A DNA stretch of 41,915 nt from Deltaproteobacteria bacterium (GCA_016875315.1 VGRQ01000002.1:1-41915); one strand, 5' to 3'; positions 19,504 through 27,737 are shown, counted from the stretch's first letter. Notes: generated from the sequence alone by a model not told the origin. Numbers and translations are program-made.

Positions 19504-21728
19504 GGGCACGCCAGGACCGCCCCCACGGCGTCCAGGTAGCGCCCGCCATCCACTTCTCCGCTGATGTCTTCGGCGGGACTGGAATCCGCCCCACTCAGTA
19601 GCGCATCGGCGAGATCGGCGCCCGTCGCCATTGACGACGGGCACTGTGCGTAGACCAGCCCGGCAACACCACCCACCACGGCAGCTGCCGCAGACGTCGC
19701 GCCAGTCCAGTCACGGATATCCGGATTCCACTTGGCGTACCCATTGGCGGAGGTCCCGGTTCCAACTGATGGCATGCCCGCGAGGAGCGCGTCGGCCCCG
19801 GTGGTAGCGTCGTACGTCCTGTATAGGTAGCCCGGAGCACCGAGTTCCATGCTCCCCGTTCCGTGACTTGATGCGTGCTCGGTGGGTCCTGCATACGCGG
19901 TGTCGTTCCACCGGCCCGTCATCACGCCCGTCGCAGCGGCGTAGTCAATCCCCGTGGCCATCACATTGACGGTGTTCGTGGCCTGATTGTCGGCAGGCAG
20001 GCAGTAGATGCCGATGTCGTCGCAGTCGAGGTCCCAGTTCCCGGCCGCAGTGACGAAGACGATGTCGGGAAAACTCTCGAACTCCGATGTGATCTTATCG
20101 ATCATCGCCTCCTCCTCGGTCTCGCTGACCTCGTACGCACCGGCGTATTCCATCACGATCACGTTCGCGCCGTTCTGATAGAGGTAGTCGATGGCCGCCA
20201 GGTAGGCGGCGAGATCGTACGCCCCGCACTCCTCGTTACCGCTGAGCCGGGCCTCCATGATCCGGGCGCCGCCCATCACACCGGCGCCGTTCCGCGCGTT
20301 GTCCCACTCCATCGCCACCAGGCCCGCCGTCTGCGTGCCGTGGTGAGCCCCATCTGCGGGGTACGACTCGTTGTCCAGATCAGTCGCACCCTCGTCGAGC
20401 TCGCATAGGCCGGTGTCCTTGTTCTCCGTCCAGCGCAGGATCACCCGCGCCCCCAGGATGTCGTCCACAACGCCGTTGCCGTCGTCGTCCGTGCCGTCAG
20501 CAAAGGCTTCCGCCAAATCGCCGCCCTGGTATTGGCCGTCATCAAACGGTACCGACGCCTCGTCATAGAGCGAGTCATCGAGCGTGATTCCCGTCGCCGC
20601 CTGGAGGTCGGCGAGCGCGGCGGCGAGCGCGCTGGCGCTCGACGGGTTGTTGAGGTCGTTGAGCGTGAAGACGCCGTCGCCGTCGAGATCGAACACGTCG
20701 ACGAAGCTGCTCGTGCCGATGTCGGGAAGCTCCCCCTCGTTCACCCACAGGTTGTTCACCAGGTCCGGGTGGTTGTAGTCGATCCCGGTGTCTACGAAGC
20801 CCACGATCACCTCGCGGCTACCCTCCGCCGCGTAGAGGTCCCAGGCGTCCTCCACGCCGATGTCCGCGAGGAAGGCGGCCTCGGCATCGACGTAGTAGGG
20901 GTCGTCGTGGAGTGTGGCATCGTGCCCCGCTGGCCGGAGAAGCGGGTCGAGGGTGGCGAAGGCGACGAGCGGCGAGGCGCGATATTGGACGAGCTTCGCG
21001 AGGATACCGCCCCAGTCCGTACCCGCGAACTCGAGCACGCGCAGGCCGGTCTGCCGCGACATCACCTCCCGCGCGCCCGTGGCCACCTCCCAGCTTTCCA
21101 CCTCCGCGGCCGTGGCCTCTGGGTCGAAGCGGACGAGGAGCCGCCGCTCGTGGAACTCGAAGCGCGCGGGCTCGGCCACGAGCTGCGCGTCGAGTTCGGT
21201 GTCGACCGCCACGACCGAAGCGCCCACGGCGACATCGGAGTCGGGCTCGGTGTCGAGCACGAGTTGCAGACCGGTACGCCCGCCCGGGGTGATGACCGGC
21301 AGGCTCCCCTCGGGCAAGAACCGGACGACGGCCGAGCCGGCGGCCGCCTGCAGCGAGGGCCCGAAGAGGATGGGAAAGCTACCGCCAGGCGCCTCCGCCA
21401 GCCCGGCGCTGACGCCCACTCGCACGTCCTGCACCTGCCCGGGCGGGAGCCAATACTGACCGGCAAAGCGCGGGAACTCCCCGGTGACCGCGTAGAACCA
21501 CACCGGCACTGGCCCGGTGGCGACCGTGAGGTACTCGGGCGGTTGCAGCTGCCCGTTGACCAGGCGCCGGTGCCTCACCTTGATCTCGTCGATGAAGACG
21601 CGCAGCTTGCTCGCGCCCGAGAAGGCGCCCGATGTCGCGTGCTCCAGCTTCAAGTTCAGGACCAGAAGGCCATCGGTGGGCGGATCCGGGACGATCGACG
21701 GCTCCTCCACGATACAGCCGGCGGCCAA
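19500..21728 (-). CDS. Subtilisin-like serine protease (peptidase S8). The lipoprotein signal peptide and the SD+ATG lie upstream (to 21808) but out of frame.
   Basis: Catalytic boxes VGFVDTGIDYNHPDL (Asp), HGTQTAGLVA (His), TAAGN (oxyanion Asn) and GATSAAAAVVGGVAGL (Ser). In-frame upstream codons encode ...HHSRRLWLATGLLAAGC with no start codon. Confidence 0.85.
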   Translation of the reverse strand: MAAGCIVEEPSIVPDPPTDGLLVLNLKLEHATSGAFSGASKLRVFIDEIKVRHRRLVNGQLQPPEYLTVATGPVPVWFYAVTGEFPRFAGQYWLPPGQVQDVRVGVSAGLAEAPGGSFPILFGPSLQAAAGSAVVRFLPEGSLPVITPGGRTGLQLVLDTEPDSDVAVGASVVAVDTELDAQLVAEPARFEFHERRLLVRFDPEATAAEVESWEVATGAREVMSRQTGLRVLEFAGTDWGGILAKLVQYRASPLVAFATLDPLLRPAGHDATLHDDPYYVDAEAAFLADIGVEDAWDLYAAEGSREVIVGFVDTGIDYNHPDLVNNLWVNEGELPDIGTSSFVDVFDLDGDGVFTLNDLNNPSSASALAAALADLQAATGITLDDSLYDEASVPFDDGQYQGGDLAEAFADGTDDDGNGVVDDILGARVILRWTENKDTGLCELDEGATDLDNESYPADGAHHGTQTAGLVAMEWDNARNGAGVMGGARIMEARLSGNEECGAYDLAAYLAAIDYLYQNGANVIVMEYAGAYEVSETEEEAMIDKITSEFESFPDIVFVTAAGNWDLDCDDIGIYCLPADNQATNTVNVMATGIDYAAATGVMTGRWNDTAYAGPTEHASSHGTGSMELGAPGYLYRTYDATTGADALLAGMPSVGTGTSANGYAKWNPDIRDWTGATSAAAAVVGGVAGLVYAQCPSSMATGADLADALLSGADSSPAEDISGEVDGGRYLDAVGAVLACP

Positions 21729-21754
21729 GAGGCCAGTCGCGAGCCAAAGGCGTC

Positions 21755-21796
21755 GTGAGTGGTGGGTGCCGGGTGCCGGGTGCCGGGTGCCGGGTG
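21755..21796. repeat. Heptanucleotide tandem repeat: (CCGGGTG)x4 perfect, preceded by the degenerate copies GTGAGTG and GTGGGTG (coding-strand unit CACCCGG)
   Basis: Read directly: gtgagtg gtgggtg ccgggtg ccgggtg ccgggtg ccgggtg. Confidence 0.95.
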
Positions 21797-21879
21797 AAAG
21801 TACATCATCTCGCCCTCAGTGCAAGCTCATCGTACTGCGCTCAGGCGTCAGCCGCAAGTACGCTCTGCATCCTTCGCCC

Positions 21880-21897
21880 TTCACCCACGCCACGCGA
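21880..21897. repeat. 18-bp sequence CCACGCGAAACCCGCGCG (copy 2)
   Basis: Identical to 17747-17764. It lies in the divergent intergenic region between the S8 protease and the sulfatase-like gene. Confidence 0.8.
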
Positions 21898-21937
21898 AAC
21901 CCGCGCGGTCGTAGCCCAGGCCCGCTAGGCTCGCGCC

Positions 21938-23344
21938 GTGCTGCTCACCATGCTCGCCTGCGACCCCGAGCCCCCCGAGGGCTGCGCCTTCTCGTCGATG
22001 GCCACGGCGCCGGAGTCCGCCAGCACCTGCCCCGCCGACGCGGGCGACTACGACCCGGTGGCGATGGGCCCGGCGCCGCTGGTGGTGATGTTCACCGTCG
22101 ACACGCTCAATCGCGCCTACCTCGACGGTCGCCACCCGGACTGGGACATCACCCCCCGGCTCGACGCCTTCTTCGCCGAGTCGGCGTACCTGCCCGAGGT
22201 GGTGTCCGTCCGCAGCCTCACCGGCGTGGCGCTCAGTTCCCTGCTCACCGGCCGCTACCCGCGGGCGCACGGCGTGCGCGACCACGCCGAGCAGGTGGGC
22301 ACCACCATCGAGACCCTCCCCGAGCACCTCGCCTCGGGCGGCTACGCCACCCGCGCCTTCATCTCCAACCAGTGCTGGGTGATCGACGGCAAGGTCGACG
22401 AGCTCACCTGCCGATGGAACCGGCAGGACGAGTCCGAACAGGATCTCAAGGACGAGGAGCTGGTCACGAGCTTCACCCGCGCGCTGGACCAGCTGAGCGG
22501 ACCCACTTTCCTCTGGATTCACCTCGTGGATCCCCACACGCCCTACGACGCGCGCGAGCCCTACTACGACACATTCCACCCCGAGCCCCCGGCCGGCGAC
22601 TTCGACCCGGGGGTGGAGGGTGCGCTCGCCGACGTCAACCTCGGGGAGCGCAGCATCACCCCGGAGGAGCACGCGCAGGTGGAGGCGGCCTACGCCTCGC
22701 AGGTGGCGCTGGTCGACGCCCAGTTCGGCGAGGTGCTCGACGCGCTGTCGTCGCGGGGCCTCGACGACGCGATTGTCGTCTTTGGCGCCGACCATGGCGA
22801 GGAACTGGGCCTGCACAGCCACTACTACTGGCATTCTTGCTCCACCTTCAACGCGTCGCTCATGCTGAGCTTCGCCATCCGTGCTCCCGGGCGCCTCGCG
22901 GGCGGCGCGGTGATGGCGAGCCCGGTGTCGAGCACCGACATCGCGCCCACCGTTGCCGAGCTGGCGGGCCTGCCGTGGGACAACGACATCGACGGCACCT
23001 CGCTGGTCGGCGACTTCCGCGCCTGCCGCGAGCCCACGCGACCGGCCTACTTCGAGCGCGCCACCGAGGCGGCCGGCATGGTGGTGGAGGGCCACAAGCT
23101 GGTGCTCGAGCCCGAGGGCTGGACCAGCGCCTGCGAGCCCTACACCGACGACATCCCCTACGTGATGGCCCGGGAACAGCTCTACGACATCGAGTCCGAC
23201 CCCGACGAGTGTACCAACCTGGCCGAGGATGAACCCGCGATGTTCAGCGAACTACGTGGACAACTCTGCGACTGGGTGCTCGCCACGCCCTGGGTGGCCA
23301 CCAACAACGAGCGAAACCCGGTGGTCCGCGCCTGCGGGGGCTGA
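21938..23344 (+). CDS. Sulfatase-like / alkaline-phosphatase-superfamily lipoprotein (no canonical C/S-x-P-x-R motif)
   Basis: MLLTMLAC lipobox. Metal-site motif VVMFTVDTLN. SLLTGRYPRAHGV is the sulfatase signature II-like region. WIHLVDPHTPYD and FGADHGEELG are also present. Confidence 0.75.
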   Translation: MLLTMLACDPEPPEGCAFSSMATAPESASTCPADAGDYDPVAMGPAPLVVMFTVDTLNRAYLDGRHPDWDITPRLDAFFAESAYLPEVVSVRSLTGVALSSLLTGRYPRAHGVRDHAEQVGTTIETLPEHLASGGYATRAFISNQCWVIDGKVDELTCRWNRQDESEQDLKDEELVTSFTRALDQLSGPTFLWIHLVDPHTPYDAREPYYDTFHPEPPAGDFDPGVEGALADVNLGERSITPEEHAQVEAAYASQVALVDAQFGEVLDALSSRGLDDAIVVFGADHGEELGLHSHYYWHSCSTFNASLMLSFAIRAPGRLAGGAVMASPVSSTDIAPTVAELAGLPWDNDIDGTSLVGDFRACREPTRPAYFERATEAAGMVVEGHKLVLEPEGWTSACEPYTDDIPYVMAREQLYDIESDPDECTNLAEDEPAMFSELRGQLCDWVLATPWVATNNERNPVVRACGG

Positions 23345-23367
23345 GATCGCGAGATAGCGCCGCGGCC

Positions 23368-23868
23368 ATGCAAATCGCCGCCGCCACCGTCGTCGCCTTC
23401 GACTACACCCTCACCGACGGCGATGGCGCCGTCATCGACCAGTCGCCCCCGGGCGAGCCGCTGAGCTACCTCCATGGTGCCGGCAACATCGTCCCCGGCC
23501 TGGAGCGCCAGCTCGAGGGCCTCGTCGTGGGCGACGCGCGCACCTGCGTGGTGCCACCGAACGAGGGCTACGGCCTCGCCACCAACCAGGGCATCCGCGT
23601 GCCCCACGCCGAGTTCCCCGGCGAGATGGAACCCCAGGTGGGCATGGCGGTGGGCGCCACCGGTCCCGACGGCAAGACGGTCCCCCTGTTCATCAAGGGC
23701 GTGACCGACGAGGAAGTTTTCCTCTCCTTCGACCACCCGCTCGCCGGGGTCACGCTCCACTTCGCGGTGGCCATCCGCTCGATCCGGGCCGCCACCGACG
23801 AGGAGCTGGCTCACGGCCACCCGCACGGCCCGGGCGGCGGTCACCACCATGGTCACGACCACGGGTAG
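23368..23868 (+). CDS. slyD: FKBP-type peptidyl-prolyl isomerase with a His-rich tail
   Basis: VVAFDYTLTDGDGAVIDQS...PLSYLHGAGNIVPGLERQLEGLVVGD...FDHPLAGVTLHF, followed by the tail HGHPHGPGGGHHHGHDHG. Confidence 0.9.
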   Translation: MQIAAATVVAFDYTLTDGDGAVIDQSPPGEPLSYLHGAGNIVPGLERQLEGLVVGDARTCVVPPNEGYGLATNQGIRVPHAEFPGEMEPQVGMAVGATGPDGKTVPLFIKGVTDEEVFLSFDHPLAGVTLHFAVAIRSIRAATDEELAHGHPHGPGGGHHHGHDHG

Positions 23869-24951
23869 TCAGTCCTCGGCCCACTGCCCGCCGGTGAGCC
23901 CCGAGTCCCAGCTCCCGATGCCGAGGTAAGCGAGGTTGAGGTAGCCACGCGAGGCGTCGACCGCCGCCTCCCAGCTGATCTCGGTGTCGATGACACCCTT
24001 GAACAACTTCAGGCGGAACAGGCGCACTTCGAGCCCGGTCGTACCGTGGAGGCGGCCGGAAGCCAGCGCCGTGCGCGTGGGCTCGAAGTAGCTGCCCGCC
24101 CGCACCCGCAGGCGCCGGGGGACGGCCTCCACCTCGAAGCCCAGGTGGGGTGTCACGGTGAGGTTCTTGCCCCGGCGAACGCCCTCGCCCTCGAGGGCGG
24201 TCTCCAGCGCGTAGCCATCCTCCACGGCGCCGTCGATGGTGAGATCGCCGGCCACGCGCACCGGGCGAGGGGGCGCGTGCTCGGCGTCGGTCCAGCCCAC
24301 GCCGAGCGCGAGGTGCCAGGGCATCACCGCCGCCTCGATGGGGTAGGGGCTGCCGCCCTCGGTGGGCACGGCGCGCACCTCGGAGCGGAAGGTGCCGCCG
24401 AGGTTCCAGCCGTCCCACAGTCGCGACGCGAGCACCCCCACCTCGCCGCCCTGCCCGGTCCAGTCGAGCGTGTTGCCGTCGCGCTCCCCGTGGACCGCGA
24501 GCGCGCGAGCGCCGAGCGCCACCGCCACCTTGCCGTCGTCGTAGCTCCCCCCGGCAGCGAGGTGTCCCTCGGTGACGTTGATGAGCGCGCTGCCGAAGCG
24601 GTATTCCAGCCCCGAGTACACCAGTCCCCCGCCGAAGTTGCGCCAGAAGCCGGCCACCCCGAGGTTGGCCATGCCGCCGGTCTTCGGCCCCACCTCGCCC
24701 AGGTTGGCCACGTCTGTCGCTTTCTCCGGGCCGAGCGCCAGCTGAGTGAACGCGAGTGACACTCCCCAGGTGCGCGTCTGCTCGATGCGGCGGTTCACCG
24801 GCGCGGCCGGGTTGAAGAAGGTGCCGTTGGCGCCGCGGGCGAAGCCGAGCCCGGCGCCGCCCATGGCGGTGATCTCGGCCGGGGCGAGCACCACCAGCCG
24901 GGTGGTGTCGATCACCGGCTCGGCGGCGAGGGCGAGGGAGAAGAGCAGCAC
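23869..24951 (-). CDS. Hypothetical outer-membrane beta-barrel-like protein
   Basis: Short signal peptide MLLFSLALAAEP. Alternating hydrophobic/Gly-rich strands. High GC3. No family recognised by eye. Confidence 0.55.
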   Translation of the reverse strand: MLLFSLALAAEPVIDTTRLVVLAPAEITAMGGAGLGFARGANGTFFNPAAPVNRRIEQTRTWGVSLAFTQLALGPEKATDVANLGEVGPKTGGMANLGVAGFWRNFGGGLVYSGLEYRFGSALINVTEGHLAAGGSYDDGKVAVALGARALAVHGERDGNTLDWTGQGGEVGVLASRLWDGWNLGGTFRSEVRAVPTEGGSPYPIEAAVMPWHLALGVGWTDAEHAPPRPVRVAGDLTIDGAVEDGYALETALEGEGVRRGKNLTVTPHLGFEVEAVPRRLRVRAGSYFEPTRTALASGRLHGTTGLEVRLFRLKLFKGVIDTEISWEAAVDASRGYLNLAYLGIGSWDSGLTGGQWAED

Positions 24952-25000
24952 CGGGGGGGAGGTATCCGCGCCGCGGCGAACTGTCGGCTATGCTACGGCC

Positions 25001-25165
25001 ATGCCCATCAGCCCCGAGGAACTCGCCCGACGCCTGGAGGAGGCGGTGCGCGTGCGCCGGAAGCTCCGCGAGGCCACCCGGGCGCTCCAGGCGGCGGGCG
25101 ACGCCATCCGGAAGCAGCGTGAAGCCGAGCCTCGACGACCCGATCCAGCTCGCGATCCTCGCTGA
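25001..25165 (+). CDS. Small charged/coiled-coil ORF (54 aa) overlapping the start of the nucleotidyltransferase-like gene
   Basis: MPISPEELARRLEEAVRVRRKLREATRALQAAGDAIRKQREAEP... Its first ~75 nt include a 45-bp block duplicated exactly at 28706-28750. It may instead be the frameshifted 5' part of the next gene. Confidence 0.3.
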   Translation: MPISPEELARRLEEAVRVRRKLREATRALQAAGDAIRKQREAEPRRPDPARDPR

Positions 25166-25703
25166 GCGGGCCCTGCGCGGCCGGCCGCACGGTCTCTACG
25201 GGGGACTGGCGCTGGCGGTCTACGGCGAGCCCCGGGAAACGCGCGACGCCGACGTGGCCGTGCTTGACTGCGCGCCCGACACCGTCACGCGCGAACTCGG
25301 CGCGCTGGGCATCGAGACGACCGTGAGCTTCAACGGCGTGCCCTTCGGCGGACTGCTGATCAGTCGCGTGGTGGTGTACTCCGAGGCGCGCGAGGGCCTG
25401 AACACCCTGGATCTCGTGCAGCCCGCCGACGCCGAGTACGGGCGGCGAGCACTCGCGCGAACAGTCACGGCCCCGCTCGCGGGCGAGCCCGTGTCGATCG
25501 TCAGCCCCGAGGACTTCGTGATCCTCAAGCTCCTCTCCACGCGCGATCGCGACCTCGAAGATGCGGCCTGCGTACACAATCGCTGTCGCGACATCCTCGA
25601 CCACCGACTCGTCGCCGCCGAGGTGACCCTCCTCGACGCCGCCCTGCCGGGGCTGGGTCTCGCGGCCAAACACGCGCGTTGCGTGGTGCTAGCGGGCAGC
25701 TGA
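25119..25703 (+). CDS. Minimal nucleotidyltransferase-fold protein (MNT/DUF-like)
   Basis: YGGLALAVYGEPRETRDADVAVL fits the hG[GS]-x9-13-Dh[DE]h NTase motif. I chose the GTG start at 25119 because the upstream part of ORF 24990 is Arg/Ser/Pro-rich junk. Confidence 0.5.
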   Translation: MKPSLDDPIQLAILAERALRGRPHGLYGGLALAVYGEPRETRDADVAVLDCAPDTVTRELGALGIETTVSFNGVPFGGLLISRVVVYSEAREGLNTLDLVQPADAEYGRRALARTVTAPLAGEPVSIVSPEDFVILKLLSTRDRDLEDAACVHNRCRDILDHRLVAAEVTLLDAALPGLGLAAKHARCVVLAGS

Positions 25704-25734
25704 CCCGCGCGAGGCCGAGCTGCCGAGGAATCGC

Positions 25735-25803
25735 AAATGTCAAGAAAATGTCAATTGCCCCCCCCCCCGGGGATTGACGGACCGTCGCGACGCGCAGTAC
25801 TCT
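25735..25803 (+). promoter_or_regulatory. AT-rich promoter region: AAATGTCAA x2 (11-bp register), C11 tract, then TTGACG-18 nt-TACTCT
   Basis: aaatgtcaagaaaatgtcaattg + c11 + ggggattgacgg ...(18 nt)... tactct. AAGGAG SD lies 7 nt before the ATG at 25829. TCAAT/ATTGA inverted arms flank the tract. Confidence 0.45.
25758..25768. repeat. Homopolymer C11 immediately upstream of the putative -35 box
   Basis: Counted directly (tcaattg + 11 c + gggg). Confidence 0.95.
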
Positions 25804-25828
25804 CACGTCGCGACCAAGGAGTCTCGTC

Positions 25829-26353
25829 ATGAAGAACTGGACAGGAATGAACGTGTTCCAGTGGGAACACTCTCGGCGGTGGGATCTCGCCCCCGGTGCC
25901 AACGAGTTCGTGCGAGCCGAGGGCGCGCTGATGCTCCCCGGCTTCGTCACCCTCAGCGTGTTCTTCCGCCGCGCCTCGCAGACCGCGAGCACCGTCGAGC
26001 TGGCGCTGTGGACGGCCCCGCTCTACACTCGCCCCCTCGACGAGGACAACTTCACCAACAACCCCGGCCAGTACCTCTTGCCGCTCACCCTCCAGCCGGC
26101 CACCGGCCTGCAGATGACGGGCACCGGCGCGCAGGTGTTCGGCGCCCGCCTCCAGCCGGAGCAGGCGGTGGGGTCGCTGATCTTCTGGCAGCTCAAGAAC
26201 ACCGGAGGCGCCCAGTCGGTGATCGTGGGCGACATCTACGTGGTGCCCAACCACGCGGGGAGCATGATGCTCACCGACGTCCGCCGGACGATCGACGCGG
26301 GCAGCGGGCCGAGTCACGGCAACCTGGCCCGCGCCTCGTTGCGGCAGGGGTAG
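25829..26353 (+). CDS. Hypothetical protein (174 aa), first gene of the cassette
   Basis: Strong SD (AAGGAG) and good GC3. No signal peptide. No family recognised by eye. Confidence 0.6.
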   Translation: MKNWTGMNVFQWEHSRRWDLAPGANEFVRAEGALMLPGFVTLSVFFRRASQTASTVELALWTAPLYTRPLDEDNFTNNPGQYLLPLTLQPATGLQMTGTGAQVFGARLQPEQAVGSLIFWQLKNTGGAQSVIVGDIYVVPNHAGSMMLTDVRRTIDAGSGPSHGNLARASLRQG

Positions 26354-26356
26354 CCG

Positions 26357-26758
26357 GTGGCGTGGGTGGAGCGACCAGCCCGCGACGACCTCGAGCGCGC
26401 GGTCGGGTACGTCCAGTACGTGGCCGCCGAGCAGATGGACGGCCGCGACGCGATCGTGTTCCGGCTGGAAGAGTACGGCGGGCTCGGGCAGATCACCCGC
26501 ACGGGCGAGCGCGCCTACGACTCCACGTCGAGAAAATACGCCATCTACCTCGATGTCGGCACCACGGTCGCCCTCGCCCAGCTCCAGCTCCTGCGCGACG
26601 CGATGGTGCATGGCTACGTGGTGGCCCTGTACTTCCTCGACGACACCGACGACAGCGGGCGCGACGACCCCACGGGCTTCAGGTTCGCCTACGAGGTGAT
26701 GGTGGTGCCCGTCACGCTCGACGAGGAGCTGGTCACGGAGGGGAGTTTTCCGTGGTAG
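26357..26758 (+). CDS. Hypothetical protein (133 aa)
   Basis: GTG start 3 nt after the upstream stop. Coding-like GC3. No family recognised by eye. Confidence 0.5.
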   Translation: MAWVERPARDDLERAVGYVQYVAAEQMDGRDAIVFRLEEYGGLGQITRTGERAYDSTSRKYAIYLDVGTTVALAQLQLLRDAMVHGYVVALYFLDDTDDSGRDDPTGFRFAYEVMVVPVTLDEELVTEGSFPW

Positions 26759-26792
26759 CGCTTGAGGATGCGGCGCGCCGCCGAGCGAACAC

Positions 26793-27737
26793 ATGAGTGT
26801 CACACTTCGGATGCGGCATTGGTACCTTGTGGACGAGCGGGATCAACACCCCTGGGCCGACGCCGGCGTGGGTGACGGGTGGATGCTCGACCCGCTAGCA
26901 CAACTCCCAACACCCGAGGAGAGAATAGCGAAATACCATCAGCAGGCCGCCGACATCTGGTCCGCACAGGGAATCCGGCTCGTCGTGGCTAGCGTGCTTC
27001 CATTCCCGTTCCCCACGCTGGACGTGTCGGCGGAAGATGAACAGTGCCTTGGCAGTTGGCTCTGGCGACGGGACCAGCAGCACATCGATGTCTTCTGGGT
27101 CGGATCTCGAGGCAGCACCGGCACAGGGCTCGGGGTGGCCCTGCTCTCTCGCTACGAGTTCAGCGAGGCCGGCAGCCAGAGAGCTCCTGACGGAACGCTG
27201 ACTGAGATCGCTGCGGGATGGCGCGAGCAGTGTGCGCTCGTGGTGGCCAGTGGCCGAAATCCTGCGCTCGCGGGAAAATACCACGTACCGGCAACAGAAC
27301 TGTGCGGGATTGTGCTGGCTCACGAGCTGGGCCACCTCCTTGGACTACCCCACGTGCTGTCTTCCGGTGAAGGAGACGAGGAGTTTCAAGCGGCGGCCCT
27401 CGACCCGTTCCCGAACGACATCCCAACCGCGGGCACGCGAGCCGAAGACCTGAACGTGATGACGTACTGGTCCGTGGCCCACGCCCCAGATTTGGGCGAG
27501 GGGGAGCCAACGCCCGAGCAGATTAGGGTCACGCGTTCCCAACGATTGCGCTCGCTGGCTACAACTGCACGCCGAACGAACTTCTACTTCCACGTGAGCA
27601 CGCTGAGCGAAATCATCGAAGCGACGAATCGGAGCACCGGACACGCGGAAGTCGTTGCCGAGGTGAGGTCACTCGGGTTCCACAACCCGACTTTTACTCC
27701 CTGCTTCCTCGCGGAGCTCTATGCCGCTGTTGGGTGA
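26793..27737 (+). CDS. Cytoplasmic metzincin-like zinc metalloprotease (HExxHxxGxxH)
   Basis: IVLAHELGHLLGLPH is the extended metzincin zinc-binding motif, and a candidate Met-turn (NVMTYW) lies 38 residues after its last His. There is no signal peptide. GC and GC3 are visibly lower, with rare codons (AGA, ATA, AGG, CTA, TTG). Confidence 0.7.
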   Translation: MSVTLRMRHWYLVDERDQHPWADAGVGDGWMLDPLAQLPTPEERIAKYHQQAADIWSAQGIRLVVASVLPFPFPTLDVSAEDEQCLGSWLWRRDQQHIDVFWVGSRGSTGTGLGVALLSRYEFSEAGSQRAPDGTLTEIAAGWREQCALVVASGRNPALAGKYHVPATELCGIVLAHELGHLLGLPHVLSSGEGDEEFQAAALDPFPNDIPTAGTRAEDLNVMTYWSVAHAPDLGEGEPTPEQIRVTRSQRLRSLATTARRTNFYFHVSTLSEIIEATNRSTGHAEVVAEVRSLGFHNPTFTPCFLAELYAAVG

